Assembly (NCBI GenBank): GCA_041859365.1
Contig: JBHEKR010000124.1
Location: forward strand, 13,388-77,387
Direction: 5' to 3'
Length of the DNA: 64,000 nucleotides
Source: Candidatus Hydrogenedentales bacterium
GTDB lineage: Bacteria; Hydrogenedentota; Hydrogenedentia; Hydrogenedentales; JAEUWI01
Shown: one piece after another, positions 32,975-41,608 of the stretch
How the letters are laid out: the number at the start of each line of letters is the position of its first letter
Numbering within the stretch: the first letter of the stretch is position 1
Made by a program: the position numbers and the translations under genes
Notes under the pieces: generated by a model
Told to the model about the DNA's origin: nothing
Databases searched by the model: none
The model's input: the letters and a program-made list of their open reading frames with translations, nothing else

Positions 32975-34240
32975 CTATTCATTGAGCAGCAGCCCCACGG
33001 CGTTCAGGCCCCAAAGTGCAACGGCAATATCGGGCTTGCCATCCTGATTAAGGTCGGCGCTGCAGAGCGCCCGTGGCTGACCACCCTTGAACTGATAGGA
33101 CTGTTGGGGGAATTCCAGGAAGGGCTTGTTCTTGCTGTTGTCCGTCGTCAGTACCACCACCCGTTCGGATGAGTAACATGCGGCGGCAATATCGGGGAAT
33201 CCATCGCCGTTGAAGTCACTCACGGTGATATCCTGTATTCCCTCTTCCAGCACATTCCGATCCGCACCGAGCATGATTTCCTGAGAGACTCCAAAGCTGA
33301 ACTTGCCAGTGCCGTAGAAGACCACGATGGAGTCGTCCGTGTGTTTGTGGGATACAATTAGATCCCGCTGCCCGTCCTGGTTGATGTCCGCAACCTGGAT
33401 GCGGTGGGGAAGGCGTCCCCGGCTGGAGAATCGCTCTACTTCCTTGAAGCTCCCCGTGCCGTCCCCCTGCCATATGGCTACTTCATCACTGGCCATCAAG
33501 GTCACGGCAAAATCGAGGTTCGAATCGTGATTGAAATCCGCCAGCTTCAGGCAGAAGGGAGCGCCCGGAAGATCCACCAGGACCGGGGCTTTGAAATGGG
33601 TTTCGGAATCGCCCTGAAAGTAAACGAGAACGTCGCTGCCCCAACCGGTCGCCAGCACGTCCCGAAGCCCATCCCGATTTATATCGCCGACATCAATCGA
33701 AGTCAGCGCGGGGCGGTGATAGACCGGAACGCCGTCCCCATCCATCTGCCGCTCATACCCCAGGGTATCGCTCTCCACGCCGAAGTACTCAGGCTGAAAG
33801 ATGCCCTCATCGCGAAGGTTGAGAAAAAGATACAAATCCCGGTGACGCGTGGCGTGAAAACTGGCCACCAGAATATCCGGCCACTTGTGGGCGTCGATAT
33901 TGGCCACGGCGAGGGCGTAAGGGCCGAAGTCCGTCTTGAGAGAAGGGTGGAGCTTCTCGTATTTCAATTCGCCCTGTGCGATAAGCAGGGAAAGCTCGTC
34001 ATTCGCTGGGCGCTCTTCGCGCAGGTCGCTGAGCACGCCCCGATCGGCGGTGACAATCTCCGGCCACTCGTCGCCATTAAGATCAACGGCCACAATGGCC
34101 GAAGGGTTGGGACCCACCTGGAAGGGCTGGGGGCGCGCGCGCATGCCCGCGCTGGCTGGCCAGGGCAGAAGGGCAAGGGCGGCGAAGGCCAAGCCGACGG
34201 CGCGCCCCTTCCAGGTGTTTGGTCTCATGAGAGGCATCAT
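32975..34240 (-). CDS. secreted FG-GAP/VCBS repeat protein
   Basis: Signal peptide plus repeated Ca-loop-like DLNGDEWPEIV, DINRDGLRDVL, DFNHDSNLDFAV, DINQDGQRDLIV, DFNGDGFPDIA and DLNQDGKPDIAV. Confidence 0.85.
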   Translation of the reverse strand: MMPLMRPNTWKGRAVGLAFAALALLPWPASAGMRARPQPFQVGPNPSAIVAVDLNGDEWPEIVTADRGVLSDLREERPANDELSLLIAQGELKYEKLHPSLKTDFGPYALAVANIDAHKWPDILVASFHATRHRDLYLFLNLRDEGIFQPEYFGVESDTLGYERQMDGDGVPVYHRPALTSIDVGDINRDGLRDVLATGWGSDVLVYFQGDSETHFKAPVLVDLPGAPFCLKLADFNHDSNLDFAVTLMASDEVAIWQGDGTGSFKEVERFSSRGRLPHRIQVADINQDGQRDLIVSHKHTDDSIVVFYGTGKFSFGVSQEIMLGADRNVLEEGIQDITVSDFNGDGFPDIAAACYSSERVVVLTTDNSKNKPFLEFPQQSYQFKGGQPRALCSADLNQDGKPDIAVALWGLNAVGLLLNE

Positions 34241-35223
34241 GGCTGGTTCCCCAGGGCGATGGCCAGTTTCAACGCGGCTACAAGGCTCGATTCGCGCGCC
34301 AGTCCCTTTCCCGCAATATCAAAAGCGGTGCCGTGGTCCACCGAGGTGCGCACGATCGGTATGCCCAGCGTGACATTGACCCCTTCGTCCATGGCGACAA
34401 GCTTCAATGGGATGTGCCCCTGATCGTGGTACATGGCAATTACCATGTCCAATGCGCCTTCCTGCATTTTTCTGAAGATCGTGTCGGGCGGGTAGGGGCC
34501 GCTGCACGCAAAGCCTCGCGCGATACAGGCATCGACCGCAGGGCGTATTTCGTCAATTTCCTCACGCCCAAATGCGCCGGCCTCGCCCGCATGAGGATTA
34601 AGACCCGCGATCCCGATGCGTGGTGTGGAAAGCCCCATTTTGACCAGCGCGGCATGACCTATTTCCACGGAGCGCACAATGCGATCCTTCTTGACGCAAT
34701 CGAGTGCTTCGCGCAGTGATACGTGGCCAGTAATATGCACGATGCGCATCGTTTCCGTAAAGAGGCACATGCGGTAGTCCGGCGTGCCCGTAAGTTCAGC
34801 CACCAGTTCGGTATGTCCGATGTAGTGATAGCCCGCCCGGTAGATACATTCTTTGCTTATGGGACATGTCACCATGGCCGACAGGGCGCCATCAATGCAC
34901 GCCCGGGCCGCCGCCTCAATCCAGGCGACCGCGCTGTGCCCCGCCTCCGGATCGAGAACGCCGAACTGAACATCGGGACCTCTGACCCCGGCATCGAACA
35001 CGGGAATACAGCCGGCCGGCGCTGGCGCGGTAATGGAAGGAATCGAGACTATCGGCGGGCAGTCCGGGCAGAGCTCCGCCGCCCGATGAAGGGCGTGGGC
35101 ACTGCCGAAAACCACGGGCGCGCACCATTGGGCAGGTGCGTGGCGGGCAAAAAGCTTGACGACGAGTTCCGGACCTATCCCGTTCACATCACCCAGGGTA
35201 ATTCCTACGCGGGATAAAGTCAT
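34237..35223 (-). CDS. pdxA: 4-hydroxythreonine-4-phosphate dehydrogenase PdxA
   Basis: GDVNGIGPELVVK, GHTELVAE, NPHAGE and VRTSVDHGTAFDIAGKG. Confidence 0.92.
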   Translation of the reverse strand: MTLSRVGITLGDVNGIGPELVVKLFARHAPAQWCAPVVFGSAHALHRAAELCPDCPPIVSIPSITAPAPAGCIPVFDAGVRGPDVQFGVLDPEAGHSAVAWIEAAARACIDGALSAMVTCPISKECIYRAGYHYIGHTELVAELTGTPDYRMCLFTETMRIVHITGHVSLREALDCVKKDRIVRSVEIGHAALVKMGLSTPRIGIAGLNPHAGEAGAFGREEIDEIRPAVDACIARGFACSGPYPPDTIFRKMQEGALDMVIAMYHDQGHIPLKLVAMDEGVNVTLGIPIVRTSVDHGTAFDIAGKGLARESSLVAALKLAIALGNQP

Positions 35224-35442
35224 CGGTCATCACTTTCCAACAGGGCTAAATGCGAGGCGGCAGGGAAGGGGTCACGGTCTGCCTGCGAGGCGCGTATGGT
35301 AGCACAAACCCGGCCTCAAATCCCATGTGCCCGAGCGACTTCCAGACCGCGGGTCGCTGCCGACGGCGGCCGATTTTACACGTGGGGACATTATTGATTT
35401 TACGCAAATTCCCCTGTAATCTCCCCGTTTTTCATTTTCTCC

Positions 35443-35471
35443 TTGCGTTGGAACTATTCCAATGTTATACT
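35443..35471 (+). promoter_or_regulatory. sigma70-like promoter candidate TTGCGT-N17-TATACT
   Basis: TTGCGT at 35443-35448, a 17-nt spacer, TATACT at 35466-35471, inside an AT-rich stretch about 150 nt upstream of the mazG-like ATG. Confidence 0.4.
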
Positions 35472-35623
35472 CACTTTTTTAAGCCAGACACGCAGGATCG
35501 CAGGTCCACGGGAGGGGGCCTGTTCGTTCCGTACACCCGCTGTGCGGCGGGTATTTTGGCGCAATCTCTTCGAACACCCGACGGGAGAAGTGTGTCCTTT
35601 TAAAGAGAGGAGTAGTCGCGTTT

Positions 35624-36031
35624 ATGCTTTCACATCATGCCAATGCCGACGCCCTGAGCGCCTCTCTGCATGTCCAGGATGTCGCTTCCAGAGAAGGCTT
35701 CGACTGGAATGATGTATCAGGCGTATTGGATAAGGTGGAAGAGGAAATAGCGGAGATTCGTCACGCGCTGGTGGCGGGCGATTCTTCCCACGCGCGCAAG
35801 GAACTCGGCGACCTGCTTCTGATTTCGGTTAACCTCGCCCGATTTCTGGGTGCGGATCCCCGTGAAGAACTCTTGAACGCGACCGAGCGATTTTCCAATC
35901 GGTACGCTTTCCTTAAGAAATCCCTTGCTGAGGACGGGAAGAACATCGGGAATTGCACGTTGGAAGAACTGGAAAGCGGTTGGCAGCGCATCAAACACGA
36001 AGCGGACAAAGCACTTAGCAACAGGGCTTGA
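35624..36031 (+). CDS. MazG-like nucleoside triphosphate pyrophosphohydrolase (single domain)
   Basis: REGFDWNDVSGVLDKVEEEIAEI...ELGDLLLISVNLARFLGADPEE, the typical MazG EExxE/ELGD pattern. Confidence 0.85.
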   Translation: MLSHHANADALSASLHVQDVASREGFDWNDVSGVLDKVEEEIAEIRHALVAGDSSHARKELGDLLLISVNLARFLGADPREELLNATERFSNRYAFLKKSLAEDGKNIGNCTLEELESGWQRIKHEADKALSNRA

Positions 36032-36060
36032 CATGGGTCGTATTCATGGTGCAAACTCAG

Positions 36061-36222
36061 GTCCTGATTTTATAAAAACCCTTGATTTTAAAGGTCAAAA
36101 TGAGGGTGTGGATAACTTGTTGGAAACCTGTGGAGAACTGGTGGAGAACTGGGAGATCCAACACGGTCAAGGGTTTCAGGGTCATATTCTGGCTCGCCCA
36201 GGTCGGTTGAGGGTGTGGCAAA
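36061..36222. promoter_or_regulatory. DnaA-box cluster plus AT-rich stretch upstream of dnaA (candidate oriC or dnaA autoregulatory region)
   Basis: Perfect TGTGGATAA (complement of TTATCCACA) at 36107-36115. Near-boxes TGTGGAGAA at 36129-36137, GGTGGAGAA at 36140-36148 and TGTGGCAAA at 36214-36222, all in the same orientation. AT-rich 36061-36100 has TGATTTTA twice (36065-36072, 36083-36090). Confidence 0.55.
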
Positions 36223-36317
36223 CGACAATTGGATACGCTCGTTAATTGTTCCAGTGCGTTATTTCATCACACAAACGAGTTGATTCAATGTGTGTTCGTG
36301 GTCGGACAGGAGAGAAG

Positions 36318-37709
36318 ATGGCTTCAAAAATCGAAGTGAACCCATGGCAACAGGCGCAGGTGCATTTGCAGGCGGCGCTGGATGAGTACAGCTACAAGAA
36401 TTGGTTTGCGCAGACTCGCTTCGAGTCCTGTGCCAATGGCCAATTGCTTGTGGGTGTACCCAGCCAGTTCTTTGCGGATTGGCTTCGCGACCACTACATG
36501 GATGCAGTTTGTGATTCCCTTCGTAAGGTCATGCCCGACTTTGAGTCCGTGCAATTTATTCCGCGTCCGGAGCACACCGCCGATTTCAACGTGGCCAGAC
36601 TGCCCAAACCCATGGGCCAGTCCAAAGTGTCTTCGACTCCGGATCGCGCACCGGTTAAGCGGCCCGTTGCGACACCGCGCAGCTATAACGGCTTTAATCC
36701 TCGCTACACCTTTGATCGCTTTGTAATCGGCTCGGGCAATCGCTTCGCCCATGCCGCCGCGCGCGCCGTCGCCGAGTCTCCAGGGCGCGCCTACAACCCG
36801 CTTTTCCTCTACGGTGGCACCGGGCTGGGCAAGACGCACCTGATGCAGGGTATCGGACAGTATCTCATGTCGCGCCAGTCCGAACTGCGTTGCGTGTTCA
36901 TTTCCTCCGAGCATTTCACCAACCAGCTGATTCAGAGCATCGCGGAGAAGTCGACCCAGCAGTTTCGCGCGAAGTACCGCAAGGTGGATGTGCTGCTGAT
37001 CGACGACATCCAGTTCATCGCCGGCAAAGAAGCCACACAGGAAGAGTTCTTCCACACCTTCAACGTGCTCTTCGACATGCACAAGCAGATCGTGCTCTCC
37101 AGCGATCGGAGTCCGAAGGAAATGCGCGGCATCGAAGAGCGTCTCATCTCCCGTTTCGAGTGGGGTCTGGTAACCGATATCCAGCCGCCCGACCTGGAAA
37201 CGCGCGTTGCCATCCTGCAGCGCAAGGCTCAGGAAGAAAACCTCACCATTCCAGATGATGTCATGCGCTATATTGCGACCTACATCACCACCAACATCCG
37301 CGAGCTTGAAGGCGCGCTGATCACCGTTCTGGCTTATAGCCGTCTGACGGAAGAAAAAATATCCATCTCCATGGTGGAAGATGTCTTGCGCGATCTCATC
37401 GGATCCGAAAAGATCAAACCGGTCACCATCGAGCAGGTTCAGCGCGCTGTGGCCGATCATTTCGATGTTCGCATCGCCGACCTCCACGGTCGCAGCCGCC
37501 AGCGCCAGATTGTGAAGCCCCGCCAGCTCGCCATGTACCTCTGCAAGGAGCTCATCCCCAGTCTCTCCCTGAGCGACGTGGGGGAGGCCTTCGGCGGCAA
37601 AGATCACACGACCGTAATGTATGCCTGCGACAAGGTTTCCACCGAGGTCAAAGAGTCCGCCGTGTCGCGCCAGATGGTGGAACAACTCACCAAAACCATT
37701 CGCTCGTAA
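36318..37709 (+). CDS. dnaA: chromosomal replication initiator DnaA
   Basis: Walker A GGTGLGKTHLMQ, DDIQFIAGKEATQEEFFHTFN, sensor region, and C-terminal DNA-binding domain HTTVMYA. The ATG at 36318 follows GGAGAGAAG. Confidence 0.97.
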   Translation: MASKIEVNPWQQAQVHLQAALDEYSYKNWFAQTRFESCANGQLLVGVPSQFFADWLRDHYMDAVCDSLRKVMPDFESVQFIPRPEHTADFNVARLPKPMGQSKVSSTPDRAPVKRPVATPRSYNGFNPRYTFDRFVIGSGNRFAHAAARAVAESPGRAYNPLFLYGGTGLGKTHLMQGIGQYLMSRQSELRCVFISSEHFTNQLIQSIAEKSTQQFRAKYRKVDVLLIDDIQFIAGKEATQEEFFHTFNVLFDMHKQIVLSSDRSPKEMRGIEERLISRFEWGLVTDIQPPDLETRVAILQRKAQEENLTIPDDVMRYIATYITTNIRELEGALITVLAYSRLTEEKISISMVEDVLRDLIGSEKIKPVTIEQVQRAVADHFDVRIADLHGRSRQRQIVKPRQLAMYLCKELIPSLSLSDVGEAFGGKDHTTVMYACDKVSTEVKESAVSRQMVEQLTKTIRS

Positions 37710-37804
37710 TTCCCGCGCTTCGGCGACCGTGTCCGCTCCGGAGCCCCATTTCCACTGGAGTCCAGGGCCGCGCTGTGTTACCATAGAGCGAGGAGTCCAG
37801 CTAG

Positions 37805-38329
37805 ATGTCCGTGCTTAATATTGTACTTTTTCCCGATGATCCACTCACCCGCAAGGCGGAGCCCTATACCGAGTTTGGTCCCGACTTGGCCCGCCTTGCG
37901 CGGGATATGTTTGAGACCATGTACGCCGCCGACGGTGTGGGTCTGGCCGGTCCCCAGGTGGGTGTGGCCAAGCGCATCTTTGTCTACCACGAGCCAGACG
38001 GTGAGCCCCGCTGTCTTGTAAACCCCGAGATTCTCGCCATGGAGGGCAGTGAAGAAGGGGAGGAGGGGTGCCTCAGCATGCCCCGGGTCTACTCCGACCG
38101 AATCCCCAGGGCCACCTATGTGGAGGTCAAGGGTTTCGACGAGACCGGTGCCCCCGTTCACTTTGAAGCGCGTGACTTCCTCGCCCGAATAATTCAGCAC
38201 GAGTACGATCATCTCGACGGGATCCTCTTTCCCCAGCGTTTGGACATCATTACCCGTGATGCGGTGCTCCAGGAATGGCAGGCTGTTCGGGCTGAAATCC
38301 TCGGCGAAAACAAACGGCAGCCGGTCTAG
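37805..38329 (+). CDS. def: peptide deformylase
   Basis: The three Def motifs: GVGLAGPQVG, EGCLSMP and QHEYDHLDG. Confidence 0.95.
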   Translation: MSVLNIVLFPDDPLTRKAEPYTEFGPDLARLARDMFETMYAADGVGLAGPQVGVAKRIFVYHEPDGEPRCLVNPEILAMEGSEEGEEGCLSMPRVYSDRIPRATYVEVKGFDETGAPVHFEARDFLARIIQHEYDHLDGILFPQRLDIITRDAVLQEWQAVRAEILGENKRQPV

Positions 38330-38333
38330 CCCG

Positions 38334-38936
38334 ATGTTGCTGGATTCTCCGACCGTTGAACGCCTGGTGGATGCCTTTCGCAGGCTTCCCGGGGTCGGAA
38401 AGCGCTCCGCCGAGCGGCTCGTGCTTCATCTCCTGAGTGCGCCGGCGGATGATGCCTACCGGCTCAGCGAAGCTATTCGGAGCGCACGGGAGCGAATCAC
38501 CACCTGTACTATCTGTCGCAATCTTACGGAGGAAAACCCCTGCGTCATCTGCGCGGACGAGCGACGCGACGCGTCGGTCATCTGTGTGGTGGAGCAGCCC
38601 GCCGGGGCCATGGCCATCGAGCGCGGGGGGATGTTTCGGGGGCGTTACCACGTGCTCCATGGCGTGCTCAATCCCCTGGAGGGCGTTGGGCCCTCAGAAC
38701 TCTGCCTGGAGCGTCTCTACGCCCGCTTGGGCGGCAATGCGGTCGAAGAGGTGATTATCGCCACCAACGCCACGGCTGAGGGGGAAGCGACTGCGCTCTA
38801 CCTCTCCCGGCAACTGGCCCAGCGCGGCGTGAAGGCCAGCCGGATAGCCCACGGTGTCCCCATGGGCAGCGGCCTGGAATTTGCCGACGAGGCGACCCTG
38901 TCCCATGCGATGCAGGGGCGCACCCTCCTCCACTGA
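38334..38936 (+). CDS. recR: recombination protein RecR
   Basis: RLPGVGKRSAERLVLHLL (HhH), Cys4 finger CTICRNLTEENPCVIC, Toprim VVEQPAGAMAIE. ATG at 38334. Confidence 0.95.
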   Translation: MLLDSPTVERLVDAFRRLPGVGKRSAERLVLHLLSAPADDAYRLSEAIRSARERITTCTICRNLTEENPCVICADERRDASVICVVEQPAGAMAIERGGMFRGRYHVLHGVLNPLEGVGPSELCLERLYARLGGNAVEEVIIATNATAEGEATALYLSRQLAQRGVKASRIAHGVPMGSGLEFADEATLSHAMQGRTLLH

Positions 38937-38958
38937 TTCGGTCTTTTTGGCCAACAGC

Positions 38959-39972
38959 TTATCGGGAAGAGCGCGGGGCCTCTGGAGCCGGGGTAGCCGT
39001 GGTCATCCCAAGGAAAGATTCTTTCAGCCGGGCCTCGACCCCCGTAATGTTTAAATCCACCTTGTAGGTGCTCTCCGCTTCAATCCACGCGTAGCTGCTT
39101 TCCATGGTCAAGTCATGCGTGCGTTTCAACTCTGTGGCCAACATGGGCAGAATGAAGGGCCCCATGAACTCCAGTCGTCCGCGTACTTCGGGGGCAGCAT
39201 GAATCAGTATCTGGATCACCATCGTGTCCGGGTTTTTCAGATCAATGGCCAGTCGTATATCGGTCACCTGGGTAAGCAGGTCCAGGGCGGCGGTAAATTG
39301 GGGATTGGTCTTGAGTAGTTCGAGGCTCGTTCCCCAGAAGGGAGCACAGGCGGCAATCAGGGTGACGATATCGCCCGTTCGGTTGTCGATGACACCCTCC
39401 GCCAGATGCCCGCCGTGAAGGGTCAGGGTATCCTCGGGGGATTCCATGGTCCAACTTTCCAGGATAGTGGATTCCAGGCCGTCAGGCAGGGCCAGAGCGC
39501 CTTGCGCTTTCAATTTTCCCCGGCCGTCGAGCAAAAAGCCGGGCTCTTCCCATTGAATGGCGGATGTGGCCGCCTTGAAATTGGTTTGATTGTTAAGGAA
39601 TTCGGGTAGAAAAGGGCCACCGCGCTGCTCGTTCATAAAAAGGGTGAGCCGATAGGTTCCGTCTCGAAAATCCGAGTTCCCGAGCAATGCGACTTCCCGG
39701 GGAAGTACCTTCGGGAGGAGTCCGGCAAGATCCCAGGGAAGCCAGGCGGGCAGGGGCGATTCTGAAGGATAGTAGGGCTTTAGGTCCTCGCCAAGGCGCG
39801 CCGTATCCACCATCAACCGCAGCCGCGTATCGGCCGATGCCAGGGAATCGTGGGTCACGACGGCCGATGGAAGCCATCCATAGGTCTGATTGAGCTTATA
39901 GCCCGCGACCGCTCCGAATAGCCCTGCCAACACTACGAGAGCGACAAATGCTACAAACAACTTCTTTCGCAT
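38959..39972 (-). CDS. hypothetical membrane-anchored/secreted protein
   Basis: 337-aa ORF with N-terminal anchor KKLFVAFVALVVLAGLFGAVAG. No family recognised. Confidence 0.65.
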   Translation of the reverse strand: MRKKLFVAFVALVVLAGLFGAVAGYKLNQTYGWLPSAVVTHDSLASADTRLRLMVDTARLGEDLKPYYPSESPLPAWLPWDLAGLLPKVLPREVALLGNSDFRDGTYRLTLFMNEQRGGPFLPEFLNNQTNFKAATSAIQWEEPGFLLDGRGKLKAQGALALPDGLESTILESWTMESPEDTLTLHGGHLAEGVIDNRTGDIVTLIAACAPFWGTSLELLKTNPQFTAALDLLTQVTDIRLAIDLKNPDTMVIQILIHAAPEVRGRLEFMGPFILPMLATELKRTHDLTMESSYAWIEAESTYKVDLNITGVEARLKESFLGMTTATPAPEAPRSSR

Positions 39973-40019
39973 GCAAACTCCAGGGGGAAGGCCCCAAACG
40001 GGCGCCTCAAGGCTAACGT

Positions 40020-41006
40020 TTACCGGTCGCTTGAAGGGGACGCGAAATTCGGCGCCCTAGCGGCACGATAGTAGACCGGGATGGGGATTTTCTCCGACAA
40101 TCCGGCGCGATTGTACAAATTAACGGCGGGATTATCGCACGTTACGCCCAGTGCAATATAGTCGAGTCCCTCGCGGGCAAAGGCAGCGCTCAGCCCCTGA
40201 AGGAGGAATGTGCCAAGCCCGAGTCCCTGAAAAGCTGGATGAACAGCCAGGTGCAACACAAAACCAAGGCTGGGAAGTACCTGGCATCCCAGGGCGAATC
40301 CAGCGCATTGACCATCCTTCCAGGCGGCGAGGGTGTGGGTGATATCGTGTCGCCCGAACTGACCGATGGAGGCCCGGCGCAGGTAATCGAATGCCTGTAA
40401 TTCTGATTGGGCTTCGAGAAGGAGGTGGCGATCCGGGTGCCCGCGATAGGTTTCAGCCAGGACTGCGGCGAGGGCTTCCAGATCAGACGCGGTAGGGTGG
40501 TTAAACTCGAATCCGGCGGGAAGAACCGGTATGAGGCCGCTGGTGGGGCCGCACATGAGCTGGCGTTCGGACTTCTGGAAACCTCGGCGCGCGAAAACCG
40601 GATCCAGGTCCATGGGGTGAAAGGGAACGAACTCCGTGATGAGTTCGGCGTGATCACCCAGTGAGTCGATCGCGAACTCCACCAGAACATCCACGGCCAC
40701 CGTATCTCGATAGTTTTCCAGCACATGCAGGAAGGAAAGGGTCGTTCTGGCCCTTTCCCGCTTCGCGAGGAGAAGGGCTGATACCACCGTCCCCGACATG
40801 CGGGCAAAAGCGAGGACCTCGGGTCCTGCCATGGTTGTGGCTATGGCACGGGCGCCGTTGAGGGCGTAGTAATCCGCGGCCTCTGGACCGTACAGTTGTC
40901 TAAATCCCGGTAGAATCTCACGGACGTAGTCGTCAAGATTGTTCGGAGTGGAGTTTAGTCGTACCAGGTCAAGCATAATCGGGACATCCATCGGGTGGCC
41001 GAACAC
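40020..41006 (-). CDS. GNAT-family N-acetyltransferase (two-domain)
   Basis: The C-terminal acetyl-CoA motif LHLAVHPAFQGLGLGTFLL is followed by NPAVNLYNRAGL. Confidence 0.75.
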   Translation of the reverse strand: MFGHPMDVPIMLDLVRLNSTPNNLDDYVREILPGFRQLYGPEAADYYALNGARAIATTMAGPEVLAFARMSGTVVSALLLAKRERARTTLSFLHVLENYRDTVAVDVLVEFAIDSLGDHAELITEFVPFHPMDLDPVFARRGFQKSERQLMCGPTSGLIPVLPAGFEFNHPTASDLEALAAVLAETYRGHPDRHLLLEAQSELQAFDYLRRASIGQFGRHDITHTLAAWKDGQCAGFALGCQVLPSLGFVLHLAVHPAFQGLGLGTFLLQGLSAAFAREGLDYIALGVTCDNPAVNLYNRAGLSEKIPIPVYYRAARAPNFASPSSDR

Positions 41007-41056
41007 GATCCAAAGCGTGGCCCGGCATGTCGGTTGAGTTGAAGGTCTGTCCTAAC

Positions 41057-41077
41057 TATAATTAGGTATCCTAATTA
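41057..41077. promoter_or_regulatory. candidate MarR operator overlapping a TATAAT -10 element
   Basis: TATAAT at 41057-41062. Inverted repeat TAATTAGG-TAT-CCTAATTA at 41059-41077, ending 7 nt before the marR ATG. Confidence 0.5.
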
Positions 41078-41083
41078 AGAGCA

Positions 41084-41608
41084 ATGCTAATGAGTGCGGT
41101 GATGAACCAACCAACACAAACCCAGGCGCGAGAGATCTACCGAACGGTCAGGATGCTGAAGGACCGGCTCTGTCACAAGTTCCAGGCACGGGTGCGAGAA
41201 ACCAATGACTCTGATATCTGCAATGAACTAACCTTCGTGCAGAGCAACGTCCTGATGGCCATAGAGGAGCGAGGGGAGCTCTCTATCAAAGAGCTTGCGG
41301 ATGCACTTCACGTCACCCGCCCCTCGGCGTCGGCCATGGTTGATCGTCTCGTGGAGATGGGGATGCTGGTCCGGGAGCAATCGCAGCAGGATCGTCGCGA
41401 AGTTCGGGTCCGGTTGTCGGAAACGGGGGGTGTTCATTTTCAGGAGATGGAGCGACAGATTCTGGAATACATAAGCACACTTTTGATACAACTCGGACCA
41501 TCCAGTTCAGCCCAGTGGTGCGATGTGTATGCCCGGATTCGGGAAATTATTGCGCTCGAAAAGCGTTCGGAGGCTGTGCTGTTGGCGAAGAAAGAAGGGG
41601 TGGAATGA
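41084..41608 (+). CDS. MarR-family transcriptional regulator
   Basis: Winged-helix region LTFVQSNVLMAIEERGELSIKELADALHVTRPSASAMVDRLVEMGMLVREQSQQDRREV. Confidence 0.88.
   Translation: MLMSAVMNQPTQTQAREIYRTVRMLKDRLCHKFQARVRETNDSDICNELTFVQSNVLMAIEERGELSIKELADALHVTRPSASAMVDRLVEMGMLVREQSQQDRREVRVRLSETGGVHFQEMERQILEYISTLLIQLGPSSSAQWCDVYARIREIIALEKRSEAVLLAKKEGVE

Noticed and set aside
36324-37784. 486-aa ORF antisense to dnaA
   Set aside because: It fully overlaps a confidently identified gene on the opposite strand. The product is low-complexity Gly/Ala/Arg/Leu-rich with no motifs. This is the typical stop-codon-poor shadow frame of GC-rich DNA.
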